Below, in pieces: positions 1 through 12,170 of a DNA stretch of 64,000 nt. Location: NCBI GenBank assembly GCA_051362555.1, contig CM120648.1, positions 9,172,587 through 9,236,586 on the forward strand, given 5' to 3'. The stretch is from Lingula anatina (lineage: Eukaryota; Animalia; Brachiopoda). Each line of letters begins with the position of its first letter. The stretch's first letter is position 1. The notes under the pieces are model-generated. The model did no database searches. It had not been told where the DNA came from and worked only from the letters and a program-made list of their open reading frames with translations. Made by a program: the position numbers and the translations under genes.

Positions 1-200
1 TTTGAATATAACTTTAGATTCTATTATTTCTCAAGTTAGCAAACAACCTATCAAAAGAATTTTTTCAATTTAAATTCTACATTTTATTAACAGGATGCTA
101 AAAATTTAACTTTATAATGAGTACAAATGTGACAATAAATAGCTACTATTACTATCAACTGGTATCAAGATAGTTACAATCTTTAACCAAAAAAACTTAC

Positions 201-3200
201 CAAAATGAGCTTCAATCTTCTTCAAGTTATGCAAGTTTCTGTCGCTGTCTATCATGTTAATAGCAAGACCAGACTTTCCAAACCTGCCCGTCCGCCCAAT
301 CCTGTGGAGGTAAGTTTCACAATCGGGGTTCCCTTTTTGATCTATAGGGAGGTCAAAGTTCACCACCACGGTGACCTGCTCAATATCTATACCTGAAAGA
401 GATGACAAAGACTTGCTGCTAACAAATTGTTAATTCAATAATCCAGAAAAAAATTAAATGATAGGTTGAAAAATTTGGTCTGAAAATGGGGAATACATCT
501 TAACGCCCATACAGATATGGACATATTCAAATTGGAAATCAGACCAGAATGGGTTCTCTTATGGGCAGATCACCTTGAAAAGGGACTCTACAGAGCCAGT
601 AGCATATTAAAGATTAAAATCACCCCTGGTTAATCAATAAATTTCCATTGTCTGATGACACAAGCCAGTGTAACAAGAAGTGAAGTCTGGGCTCCCATAT
701 GATAAGTATAGGTTAGGGTTAGTCGGAGTATTGGGCTCAGTATACGAGATGAATGTCACCAAAGTAAAGGGAGTAGAAGTAAAGGGAGATGGACTACGGT
801 TCCTAGCAGACTTCCATTTCTGTTACACCAGCTCTGATTTCTGGTCCAAATGTTGACCTGGTCTGCCCAGACCTTCCATACACACCTCTGGCAGACACAT
901 TGGTGGTTATCAGGACCTTCTCTTTTCCCTCCCGGAACCTGTTGATGACACTGGACCTCTGTTCTACCGTCAGCTCTCCGCTGAGAAGTGCCACGGCATG
1001 ACCCTCTTTGCTCATCTGCTCAGATAGCCACGACGCAGTGCGACGAGTCTGGAAAAGGAAGAAGAAATCTTTGAGTTCATCTTTTAAGACAGACAGCCAA
1101 GATGCAGTGCGACGGGTCTGGAAAGAAAAAAGAAAACTTGTCTATCTTTTAAGACAGATAAGCAAGACCCAGTGTGATGGGTCTGAAAAAGGAAAGAAAG
1201 CGTTGAGGTCATCTTTTAGGACAGATGGCCAAGATGCAGTGGAAGGGTCTGGAAAAGTGGTACAATTTTTTCCCAATTGCATTCAGCAAGAGTCCCCATG
1301 GAGTGAGTGCGTGTCAGCTAGGTCAGTATAAAGAATGGTCCCAAAGTCAAGTATTTAAACCTAAATATCGCACTTACATGACAAAATATCATGCTCTGAC
1401 CGATGGAAATGGTGCCATATATATTGGACAGTGCCTGGAATTTCTCCTGCTGATCTCTGCACATGATGTAGAATTGCTTGATGTTGTCGAGACTCTCCTC
1501 CTCCCTGCGTAGACGTATTACGACTGCATCTCGTACCACTGCCTGCGCAAATCTCATGACAGGTTCGTCATAAGTGGCAGAGAATAGGAGCATCTGGCAG
1601 TCCTTTCTTAGGCCTCTAGAAATATTGAAAACACATTTTATTGCAGCTTTATGACACTTAGATAACTTATAAGAATACCCCTTGAATAAAAAATGGATGA
1701 ATCCAGACCTCTAGAAATGATTAAAAAAGTTAACTAAATATTAACAATTACTTAACTTTATACAAAAGATAACCTTTGAAACTAAAGAAGAACCATCTTG
1801 CAGTCTTTTCTAAGAGCTCTAAAGATAACAAAAAAGAAATAATTTGACATATAAGAAACTTATACTCAGAATAGTCCTGAAAGAAGCAATAAACAAACTC
1901 AGTTTCTGTAAGCTAAACTTTTTTCAAAACATCCCAGGCCAATTCCAATTCCATGCCATTACATCAAGTACATACAGCTAATATTGCACTCATGCAATCT
2001 ACTGACACAGCATCTACGGAGTTGAGCCAACGCAACTTTAGTGAAAACACACCCTAGGTCACACACACAAATATACCTGTGTATACGGACAGACTGGTCT
2101 TGGTGACCTTGAGTGGCGATCATGACGTCCGCCTCGTCCAGCACAAACACCTCGATTTTCTTGAGATCAAATGCCTTGAACTTTAACCCCCAGTCCATCA
2201 CTGTGCCAGGCGTGCCTATGATGATGTGATCTGTTAGCCTCTCTCCTCTGCTCACTAGAAAGATAGGTTGATTGTGTTAATTTTTTAAAGCATTCTGGGT
2301 GCAGCAAAGAATTTCTTTTTTTACTACTCGCTCAATGAGAGAGAAACTGCCTTGAATTCATGCTTACTGAACGATGCTGCCACACTTAGAGATTGGGGGT
2401 CATCAGAGCACAAGACAAGACAGAAATGCAGCAGCACATACACACAAACAAACATGCAAACACAAAAACACACACTAAGTCAGCAACAATCTACTACTAG
2501 TAATGAATGTTGACATTTTAAAAGAATCCAGAAAATGCAAGCACCAAAGTGGGCAACTCTATACCGCAGGTCTGAGGAGAATATATTAAATAAAGCACCA
2601 AAATATCCAGATTATCCGCAAAAACCTGGAAGTCTTACACTTCAACATTACCTCTCTCTCCTCGAACTGCATATCCTATCTTGACTTGCATGAACTGGGA
2701 CATCTGTTGAGTAACTTCCCCTATTTGTAAGGCTAGCTCATAGGTTGGAGCAAGACACAGGCACTGTAAGGAATTGACAGTATATAAAGTATTGCTATCC
2801 TACCAACAATTTCCCCAAGTTTTATTGGCACATATGTAGAAAAGGTTTATCTCCTTGCCAAATCTTGTGTTTGCACACACAAAAAATTCTTAATTTTTAA
2901 TCCCCCCCCCCCCACCCAATTGTGTTTTTGTGCTGAATATTCAATAGGCCTAATAGTACGATTTGTTACCAGTGCCTCATTTAAAACTGTGAAAATGATA
3001 CTAGTAACTGAAAATATTGACATGTTGAAAGACACCATTTAATATGCAAATCTATTCTTTTTTCCACTGTAAAGCACTTGCATTTTTCAAAATATTGAAT
3101 AAAATCTAAATTTATCAAACATAAAATCTCCTTAGTTTCTAACATTATACAGACCTGAGGATAGTGTCTAGTGGGGTCCACTCTACTTAACATTGTGAGG

Positions 3201-5220
3201 ACAAATGCTGCTGTTTTTCCTGTACCACTTTGAGACTGGGCTATCATATTACTGGGTCTGAAATAGTATCAAATATTAAACTTCATATTAAACATAGGCA
3301 GTTTCACAGTACTCTTACATGAAGTGTATTCATTAACCTGGTGGTTAAAATTAGTTTTTCCTATACCACTCTGGGACTAGGTTATCATATCTTTGGGCAT
3401 TGATTTATGTATATGATCTCATGGTGTTCCAGCTTTATTTATTTATTTATTTATTTGCAATTATTATATAACGTGTGAATCAGAGGGACAGACAGTGCCC
3501 TTTGAACAGAAATGCTGTTTTAGCCATGCCAATTTCTTGAGATTAAACATGATAAATTGCTTTAAAAATCTTTCAATTGTACTTTTTTTCTGTCAGATTC
3601 TCTAATTCAGATCAAATTCAGATTCTCTAAAATATCCTAGACATCAAACCTTTGATACAGTTCTATAAAGTAAAGAGAGGATACTTACGGGTCTGCAAGT
3701 AGTGTAGGTAGAGCCGTTTCTTGAATCTTTGACGGTGCATTGAAACCCATTGCATACACACCCTTCAACAGCTCAGGTTTACTAGAATCACCAAAGGAAT
3801 CATTCATTTTTTATTCCAAAACAGGAACGGGATGTCATGATTTTTGTAGAAAAAAATTCTTGTTTATTTTTTAATACTTTACTCGTTTTATTGAGATAAA
3901 AATTGCGCTTGAAAATTATAGAAAATCTGAATTATCAGTTTCTTTTTAAATGCCACAACTAAAAAGAAACTTTCCTTTACAATGGCTAGCTTGAGTAAAA
4001 ATTGTACATGATATCATTTCTTTATTAAGCACATCAAGGGTCTCTTTAATTAAAATGTTATGGTCATTTCTATCCATAATGCTCACAGATTCAAAGCCTC
4101 GAAAGACTTGACAGAATACAAAGGGGAGTTGGGATCTTTCTGAAGTACTTCTAAATCTGATTTGGTTTGGACAAGTTTACTGTGTAGTTTCTTCATCAGC
4201 AGTGACTGTGTAGCGAGATCTGCTGCATCACCTGGAAATATAATGACCATTAACATTTAATTATTTTTCAATTTGAAAATCTTAATTTTCTGCTCGCTTG
4301 TTCAATGTACATACCTTGTCAAAACACTATAATTACAGTCACACAAGCATGTAGTTTTAGATACACCAGTATTATTATTATTGGAGCTCTACAATACCAA
4401 CTCTGTCAATTTGGGGTGCACTTCCAATGAGCTTTATTGTTCTAGCTGAGTGACTCCATGAGCAAGTAATTACAAAAATTAATAATAAATTAACAAAATA
4501 TAATTTGAAACAAAATTAATGCTTAGAGTTGGATAATACAAAGTGATTAAATATTCAAAGTACTAGACTTCTGTACTTTGAAAGATCATTTTACTGTTTT
4601 CTTTTTTCTATCTCTTTTTTTATTATTTATTTATTTATTTATTTATTTTTATAGAGCTATGCTTACCCTCCTCGCCCTCTGGGGCAGCTGAGGCAGTAGC
4701 TGAGGGGGTTGCTGAGGGGGTTGCTAAGGGGGAAGCTGCGGGGGCATCTCCCTGTCCTGTTGCAAGTTTAAGATTCTCCACCTAGGACAATTAAAGTTAT
4801 GAAGCTTCTCTATTTTTTATTCATGAATACGCTTATTCATCTGTTCAGTAATGTAAATGTTAAGAAGTTAGAAATTCAATTCAAAGGGGAAGTACAACTT
4901 AGTTTGATAACTAAACTGGGATGACTGTGCAAATAAGAATATTTTAAAGAACAAAAAGGGTATGTACATGTATGTATTTAACCCTCATTCAAAATCACAG
5001 TCATTTTAAAACATCTAGTGGACAGTATTCAACAAAAAAAGCAGAGCGTTCGATAAAAAAAAATCACCAATAACAAAAATGAAAACTCACGAGGACAAAA
5101 CGCCGGTAAAATCACGCAAAACTACAACGTTATCTACTGACTTTTATTACTCTTCCTTACCTTTTCTGTTATTTGATTTTCCTGAGCATCAACAGCCTGT
5201 GCCCAGTCGTCATCTGCCAT
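201..5220 (-). CDS. DDX19: ATP-dependent DEAD-box RNA helicase DDX19/DBP5 (mRNA export); 3' end outside window
   Basis: Exons (minus strand, 5'->3'): 5220-5161, 4781-4667, 4231-4087, 3781-3689, 3257-3155, 2763-2652, 2254-2077, 1615-1378, 1048-886, 392-201. All junctions are GT-AG and phase-consistent. Motifs: N-terminus [28 protein letters not shown] motif [10 protein letters not shown], motif [49 protein letters not shown]. The last visible exon ends in phase 1 at a GTAAGT donor. Confidence 0.96.
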
Positions 5221-5537
5221 TATGTTTTATGAAAAATACAGGGATTTTATACCAATAAAAGTTTGAGAACCCCTGTGACTGTTCGGATATAAATGGTCTT
5301 TTTAAGTTGAAGAGCTCGACAGCTTCAAGATAAGACGGTTTCCAAAGCGCAATGAGTGGTTGCTTTCACCACATTCCTAAAAGGTTTAAAACGAAAAAAC
5401 CAAAAAACCGAGGAGCATTTAATTCCACTGAGACTGAAATAGGATTGTTGATGCCTTCAGATAAGTGTGAGTGGTAAAATGACATCATCTATTTTGACTT
5501 TGAATTTTGCGTCACGACGTGCGGTCAACCAAAACTG
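5221..5537. promoter_or_regulatory. Compact bidirectional promoter between DDX19 and ACOT7
   Basis: Divergent start codons at 5220 (-) and 5538 (+) are 317 bp apart. The region is locally CpG-enriched, with a CRE-like GCGTCACGACGT near 5509-5520. TSSs cannot be read from sequence. Confidence 0.7.
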
Positions 5538-6763
5538 ATGTTGAAATGTTATGCAGTATTAACACAGTGTCGAAACGCTGTGTTTTCTTCTTGTGCTGCT
5601 GCTTGGCCAACTTTTCCTCGACATTTGCACAACCCAAGACGTGTAAGGAAGATATCTCTCTCAGGATCCTCTTGTTTTCACATTGATAAATAATCAGTGA
5701 TTTGGTTAATTTCATGTCATTACATGTTATTGTTTGTTATTGTTTATGTCTTGGCTAGTATATGTAGAATTTCTTATAAACTGTACATGGAATAAGTATC
5801 ATGTTTGCATATTTGTTCAGACCTACCTTTCTTTGAATTCATTGTTCTTACAAGTTTTTCAGACATATGGATAAGCTGTTGTAATTGTTAGTTTTACGGG
5901 GGCGTCTCGATAGTCCGAAGGTTCATTAGTCCGAAGGTTCATTGGTCCGAAAAGTGGTAACATTTTTATCGATTTTTTAATCAAGGGTTCATTGGTCCGA
6001 AGGTTCTATAGTGAACATTCGGACCAATGAACCTTCGGGCTATTGAACCTTCGGACTATCGCTACGGCCCCAGTTTTACTGCAGTACTCGGTACATGTAC
6101 ATGTGTATCTATGATATGACCTTCATCAATCTTTTCTAATTTTTATGTAAAATTAAACAGATCGATATCATATAACACTGTAAAGAGATTGTATTATGTA
6201 GTACAAGTACTAGTGTGTAATTTCTGTGAGAAGTCTAGTGGTGCAATTTTCTCTGGACATGGTCGTAGACATGCTCCCATGTTCAAAATGGATATGTGCA
6301 TCATGCAGCTACAGGTACATGTATATCATACCCAGTACTGTATATGTCATGGCATGTAGTACTAGTACATCATGTGTATTAATATTTCAATTATTTGGTT
6401 GATTGTTAATTGATATTAAAAAAAAAACTACTTTTCAGTTTATGATGGCAGCTCTCATAGAAGAGGACCTGAAACATTGCCTAGAAGGCGTAACAGTCTC
6501 CAGGTAAAAATAGTTGAAATAAGAGACAGGAGAAGAGACTTAATATTGTTAAGAAAAAATTACATATTATTTTCCAATTTTGGTGAATTTAACAATAAGT
6601 CTGTCCCTGTATCATGAAAAAAAATTTTTTAGGGCTGAAATACGGATGATGCTGAGCATTTGTATGGCCCAGATTGTCTTAATACATTTTCAGCTTTCAG
6701 AAAGATGATATTGATATAAACTAAAATATTTTAAAATATTCATTCATTCATTCATTCATTCAT

Positions 6764-6839
<76 letters not shown>

Positions 6840-7813
6840 TTCACTTATTTTCATTTTTCTTTCAGGTTGATGGGTCCCAATGAAGCCAATTTTGCTGGGA
6901 ATGTTCATGGTGGGAATATCCTAAAGCTAATGGAGGAGGCAGGGTGCATCCTAGCCACTAGATACTATAATGTGGCTGGCAAAAAGGTACACCAGTACAG
7001 TCTGTGCCATAAAATTTATAGCTTAATTTGTACATTTGGATCACCAGTTTTCTAAAATCTAGTGATCCAAACCAGGATTCACTGGTACAATGAAATATTC
7101 AATTAGACTGGAATTTTTTCACTCACTGCCAAAGTCAGTTTACTTGGAGTGTGCATGTGTACAAATGTGTTGCATCACATTTACAAGTACAGCAAGAAAA
7201 TAGCAATGGAAGACGAATTAGGGATTAAAGAATATGCAATGCTTCACATATATTTTTTTCAGAACAAAATTTGTTTGCTTATTATTATATACTTTTTGCT
7301 CGATGTTTTCAGAACCTCCCCAACTACCAGCCAGGTATGGCAGCGCTGGTCAGGGTTGAACGCACTGACTTTTTACAACCCATGTATATAGGTGAGGTGG
7401 CCGAACTCCACACAGAGCTCACCTTCACCTCTGCTCACTCCATAGAAGTCTTAATCACCGTATTTGCTGAGGACTGTATCAAGGGTAAGTAGTTGTTTAT
7501 GTGAACCTTGACCTGGTAACTGGTACCATGGGAACAATATGGTATTATGCCTGGTAACTGGTGTCATGACAACTGTTGTCATGACAACTTTGGGAGAATA
7601 ATGTCTGGCAGCTGGTCTTTTTGAGATATTAGTCTATGACATTGCCACTCTAGAAATATTTTGATAATGGTAATCTGTAATGAAGAAATATGAATATATG
7701 TTTCAGTTTATTTTTTAGATCTAAATGCTTTACCAGATTGGAATAGCATTTCATGTGATCTGATTATATTTAAGTGTCATTTAAGTGTCTTATTCATAAA
7801 TGTGTTTTTACCT

Positions 7814-7852
<39 letters not shown>

Positions 7853-9901
7853 TTTTATGCAGGACAAAAACGTCTCACAAACAGAGCTAGACTATGGTAC
7901 GTCTCCATGAGCTCTGATGAGAAGGTGCTGCCCATTCCTCCACTACCTAACACCAAGAAAATAGAACAGGGAAAAATTAGATATGAGAAACAGAAGAAGG
8001 AGCGTGCTGGCCATAGACATACCAGGATTGAGAGAGTTCCGTCTATTTTGCAAGAAGGTAAAAATAAGAAGACCCGGTGTAGAATAATTTTCAACCAAAC
8101 TTTTTTTGAGTTCTAGAATATACAGGCCTGTATAGCCACCAATTTCAAAAGGAGGGTTCTTTTTCTGAAAAAGTGGACCTTTAACCATGAAACGTTTGGG
8201 TACCTAGATTAAATTTTACCCAGAGGGGCCCTTTTCCCGACAAAATGGGGGATTTTTTCGAACCCACCACAACCCCCCTGGCTATGGGCCTGATATTATT
8301 TCACTGGATTTGATAACATCATGCAGTAGTTTAGTGTCTTAGATGCAGTGTGCAGACAGGTTCCCACCATTATTCTATTTATTCCAGGGAACTGTCATGT
8401 TAAATGTATTATATCTCTCTCTTTTGGACCTTTAACTTAGTATTTGAGTTCCCTACATTAAAAAATCACATTTTGAAATGACTTGGTATTAAACAAAGAA
8501 AAAAAAAGATTCATTTCTGCTCTCTTTCAGAACTGGATCCTCAAACTGTGGGCTACTCCCAAACTACACTACGCCATCTAGTGGGAGTGGTAGATACTAA
8601 CAGCGCGGGTTATGTAATGGGAGGAGTCATCATGAAGTTAATGGACGAGTGTGCCGGACTTGTGGCGGTCAAACACTGCAAAACTAACGTGGTGACAGCC
8701 AGCATGGATGCGACAAACTTTCACCAGAAAGTTAAAAAGGGTGAAATATCATTTTAAAATGATTCATTATTCCACATATTTATTTCTATTTCCATTCTTT
8801 TTAAGTATGTTTTTTTCTTGTTTTTAAATTAGATAGTTTGGTGATAGCAATTGTGTCTGTTGTCCTTGCCACCCACAAGAAAGGGATAAATCTTCTAATG
8901 ACCTTGGAATAATACTCTTTTTAATATCAGCGGGTAATGTCTGGATCTATGAAATAACTGCTGTCTTGAGTTCCAAAAATCAAGGTTAATCTTAAATTAA
9001 TTTCACTGCCATTTATGTAAATTGGCATGAGGAAAATTGAATTTCTCCACGTTTTGCATTTCTTTTTTCCACTGAGAAATTCTGGAAGTCAACCCTCACA
9101 CACACCTTATTAATACAAACATAACTCTTACTATTGCTTTGCCACAGTGACTCAGCATAGTACAAAAAAACTTAACTCTATCATATTAATATTTTAATTT
9201 ATTATATTCTTGTAAACCAGGTAGCTTGGTTACCTTGACGGGGTTCATCACCTTCACCAGTCCCAAGTCAATAGAGATAGAAGTTGTAGTCGATGCAGAG
9301 TTTCTAAGATCTGGGTCAGCTCAAAAAGAGAGGGCAGTCAGTTCTTTCTTTACGTTTGTCTCTCTGGACTCAAATCACAGACCAATGCCTGTGCCACAGA
9401 TTATGGTAGGTTATGCTGGAGGGAAAGTTGAAAGGGGAGAGGTTTTTCAGTTTTTACATGTGCCAGGCCTGTAGTCAACAAATTCGAAGGGGGGGGGGGG
9501 GGGGGGAGAGGTAGGCTTTTTCTGAAAAAGTGGACTCAGGCCAATAGATGTCGCTACTGGCAACAGTTATACCTGAAATATTGTGGAGCTAATTTTGGAA
9601 ACTCATGAAATTTAAATGATACCTCAGCAAGGTAGAGGCTTGTTCATGGTGTGAGCTATATTTATTGATTAATGATGACTATGATAGTGGACTTAGTCCT
9701 GAAATAATTCTTTTTCAGTGGTAGTTAATTCTTTGTAGTATCAGTAAATAATGGCTTCAGTTTAGATGTTCTTATTTTGACTGTTTTCAAATTTCAATTC
9801 TTCACCAGCCTGTGACAGAAGAGGAGCTAGAACGACACAAAGCTGCAGAAGAGCGATACCTGGAAAGAAAACGTCAACGCGAACAAGAGAGCACATCTTA
9901 A
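5538..9901 (+). CDS. ACOT7: Acyl-CoA thioesterase 7-like (BACH; two hotdog domains), ~381 aa with presequence or ~345 aa from the Met at 6442
   Basis: Exons 5538-5642, 6439-6503, 6866-6986, 7313-7484, 7863-8057, 8531-8740, 9221-9405, 9809-9901 (1146 nt, ends TAA). All junctions are GT-AG and in phase. Motifs ANFAGNVHGGNILKLMEEAG, LVRVERTDFLQPM, GGVIMKLMDECAG, HCKTNVVTASMDATNFH, FTSPKSIEIEV and FFTFVSLD match ACOT7. The first exon is less certain than the rest. Confidence 0.93.
5898..6071. mobile_element. Non-autonomous DNA transposon (MITE) with 8-bp TSD and 17-bp subterminal repeats
   Basis: Imperfect TIR GGGGGCGTCTCGATAGTCCGAAGG ... CCTTCGGACTATCGCTACGGCCCC. Internal tandem copies of GTCCGAAGGTTCATT occur in both orientations. 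AGTTTTAC is duplicated at 5890-5897 and 6072-6079. An 8-bp TSD fits MULE, hAT or Merlin; superfamily not determined. Confidence 0.85.
6739..6835. repeat. (TCAT)n followed by (TC)n microsatellite, just upstream of an ACOT7 acceptor
   Basis: Read directly from the sequence. Confidence 0.95.
8123..8292. mobile_element. ~170-bp MITE family A (CAGGCC..TAGCC termini)
   Basis: Termini CAGGCCTGTATAGCC / GGCTATGGGCCTG. The internal sequence is the reverse complement of the copies at 21619 and 58724. A fragment is also present at ~9464-9537. Confidence 0.8.
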
Positions 9902-10640
9902 ACAACATGCCAGAGATGGGACTAAGTCAGCCATTTCAGGGCTTTCCCCCTTTTATGTGGGAAAGAAGGCGTGGAGTAGTTTCTTTGTTTTGTATAATTG
10001 TGAAAATGCAATAATTTTATTTGGTGGGGAGGGGTATTCTCTCTTTCCATCTCTGCAATAGAGAAGGAGAGTACCTGCCAAAATTGATTTAAAAGTTGGA
10101 ACAAATTTTAAGTCACAGATTGGTGTTCAGATACTTTGTTGTTGATTAAATGCACAATCATTTAATTTTATTGAATGAGCCTACTGTTAGGAATGATGTG
10201 TTATATTGCTAGAAATTAGTGATTTTATTGAATTACGTTGCATTCCATTTTTGTTTTGTCAGAAGAATCTGAGTAATTGTGGCAGTATTTCTGCATTTAC
10301 ATGATCTTTCACTTTAACTTTTTAGCCGTTTTGTGTTTGAAGGGAAACTTTGTCTTAAACATTTCTATTTGAAATAGACTGTTATCATGTTATTATGTCC
10401 TTTATGTGCTTTTTGTGTGAGGAATTAATGAGTGGAATCAAGCAGAAAAAATTAGGAAATCAAAGCTTTCATTAAAACTTATTTATTTTAGATATTTTAA
10501 ATATTGTGAACAAATTAGATTATTGTTGATCAGTGCCACGGTAAAGTTTTTAAAAACCCTTACCTAAGTTATTTTTCCCTTTTAAGATAATTTGTATACT
10601 AATGTCAGTTTAAGGTCAACATTTGATAGTCCTGCACACA

Positions 10641-10754
10641 AATAAAGATTAATTTAAGAGAAATGAATTATTGCGTTGAAATATCTAAAATGTGTAATGA
10701 AATATACACAATTTCTGAAAGTAAAGCTGCATATGTCACAACTAGCACAATAAA
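10641..10754 (+). terminator. Candidate ACOT7 polyadenylation signals
   Basis: AATAAA at 10641-10646 and 10749-10754, about 0.75-0.85 kb after the stop codon. Confidence 0.4.
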
Positions 10755-11021
10755 TTGCTACTGATACTTGGTAAACGTAGAGCACTAGCAGTACCTTTGC
10801 CTGTCAAGCCACACATAAAAATACCATAAAGATGGAGTATTAAGGTTACAAAAGGTCGACATTACCCTTCTCAATCTACTTCAGCGTGAGGAGTTTCAAT
10901 GAAACCAAAGTAATCAGCACTTTGAAAGATCCAAAACTATCAGTTGGTAACCTTTCAAGGAAAGCAATATTTCTTTCAGTCAATGGGCCTATACCCTCCC
11001 CCCCCTTACACACACACACAC

Positions 11022-11054
<33 letters not shown>

Positions 11055-12069
11055 TGGGACCTAATTTCTGTTCCTTTTCATCTTTGGGGATCATAGTGAT
11101 CAGAAAGCCATAGTTATATATTTTTATTAAAAAATTAATAATAATAATTTTTCTTTAAAAAATTAATAATAATTGAAACTACCATACTGGATTTAGTTTA
11201 AAACTACAAGTACATTGTACGTCGTTTTAGTTATAATAGGTATAGTAGTATAGAGGGTACATCAGGGATAATTTTACCCCATATATTTTTATATGCATAT
11301 ATTTTTGCCTGTGTCTGAGTAAAACAAAAACCACATCAATGTAGATAAACCATACAAAGTTTGATAAGAATTAGACTAATATTATTTTTACAAGGTATTT
11401 AAATTCATGATCCCTGCTGAACCTCCAGCTCTATTGTGAAGCATGAATAAGCATAAAAAATGTGGAAGTACCTTTGAGCCAAACACAATAATATAACAAA
11501 TAAAAATGGTAAATTATTTTATTGCACAAACTTTTTTTTTAGTTCACACAATCACAAATTTACACTCTAAAGGGGATGTTTAGATTATTTAAAAGGAAGT
11601 TATTATAAATTTAGGCTTCTGCTTTTGTAAAGAGAGTTAAGAGTACAATTTTTTGTGTAGTAACCCTTGTAATTTTGAGTTTTACATGTGATTGAAAAGC
11701 ATATTGGAAAAAGCTTTTAGATATTTTATCATTATGCGATGTTTCAAAAGCACATATTTCTATAAATAAGAAATGTATCACTGAAAATACGGGCACAAAT
11801 AGCGTTCCTGTCGATTATTAACTAGAGTATAGTACCTGCACCTACTAGTATGTCTAAAAAGATATGTCTGGGATAATGATAATAAAAAACATTTTATTCT
11901 TAGAGCAAAAATAATGGGAAATTTAGAATACACTTTAAGCATTAAATCAATTTTATTAATTATCACACTCGTATAAATCGTCCGTCATGACTGCAACCTT
12001 CAGTATTATAAGAACGGATATTACGCAATATAAAAAAAAATGGGAATGAATAATTTATTGATGCCGTCA

Positions 12070-12170
12070 GACCTGGAGCTATAGCAACAGTACGCATGCG
12101 TTGGTGAATGACAACATGGCGCCTCGAGAAGACTAACCTAGAAGCATATCCTGAAGAATTTTATGTAAGT
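12070..12170 (+). promoter_or_regulatory. Probable promoter and non-coding first exon of the rotund-like gene
   Basis: Local CpG enrichment, NRF1-like TACGCATGCGT (~12091), RFX-like GCTATAGCAAC (~12078), YY1-type AACATGGCG (12113-12121) and a strong GTAAGT donor at 12165. The next + strand coding exon is at 24410. Confidence 0.6.
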
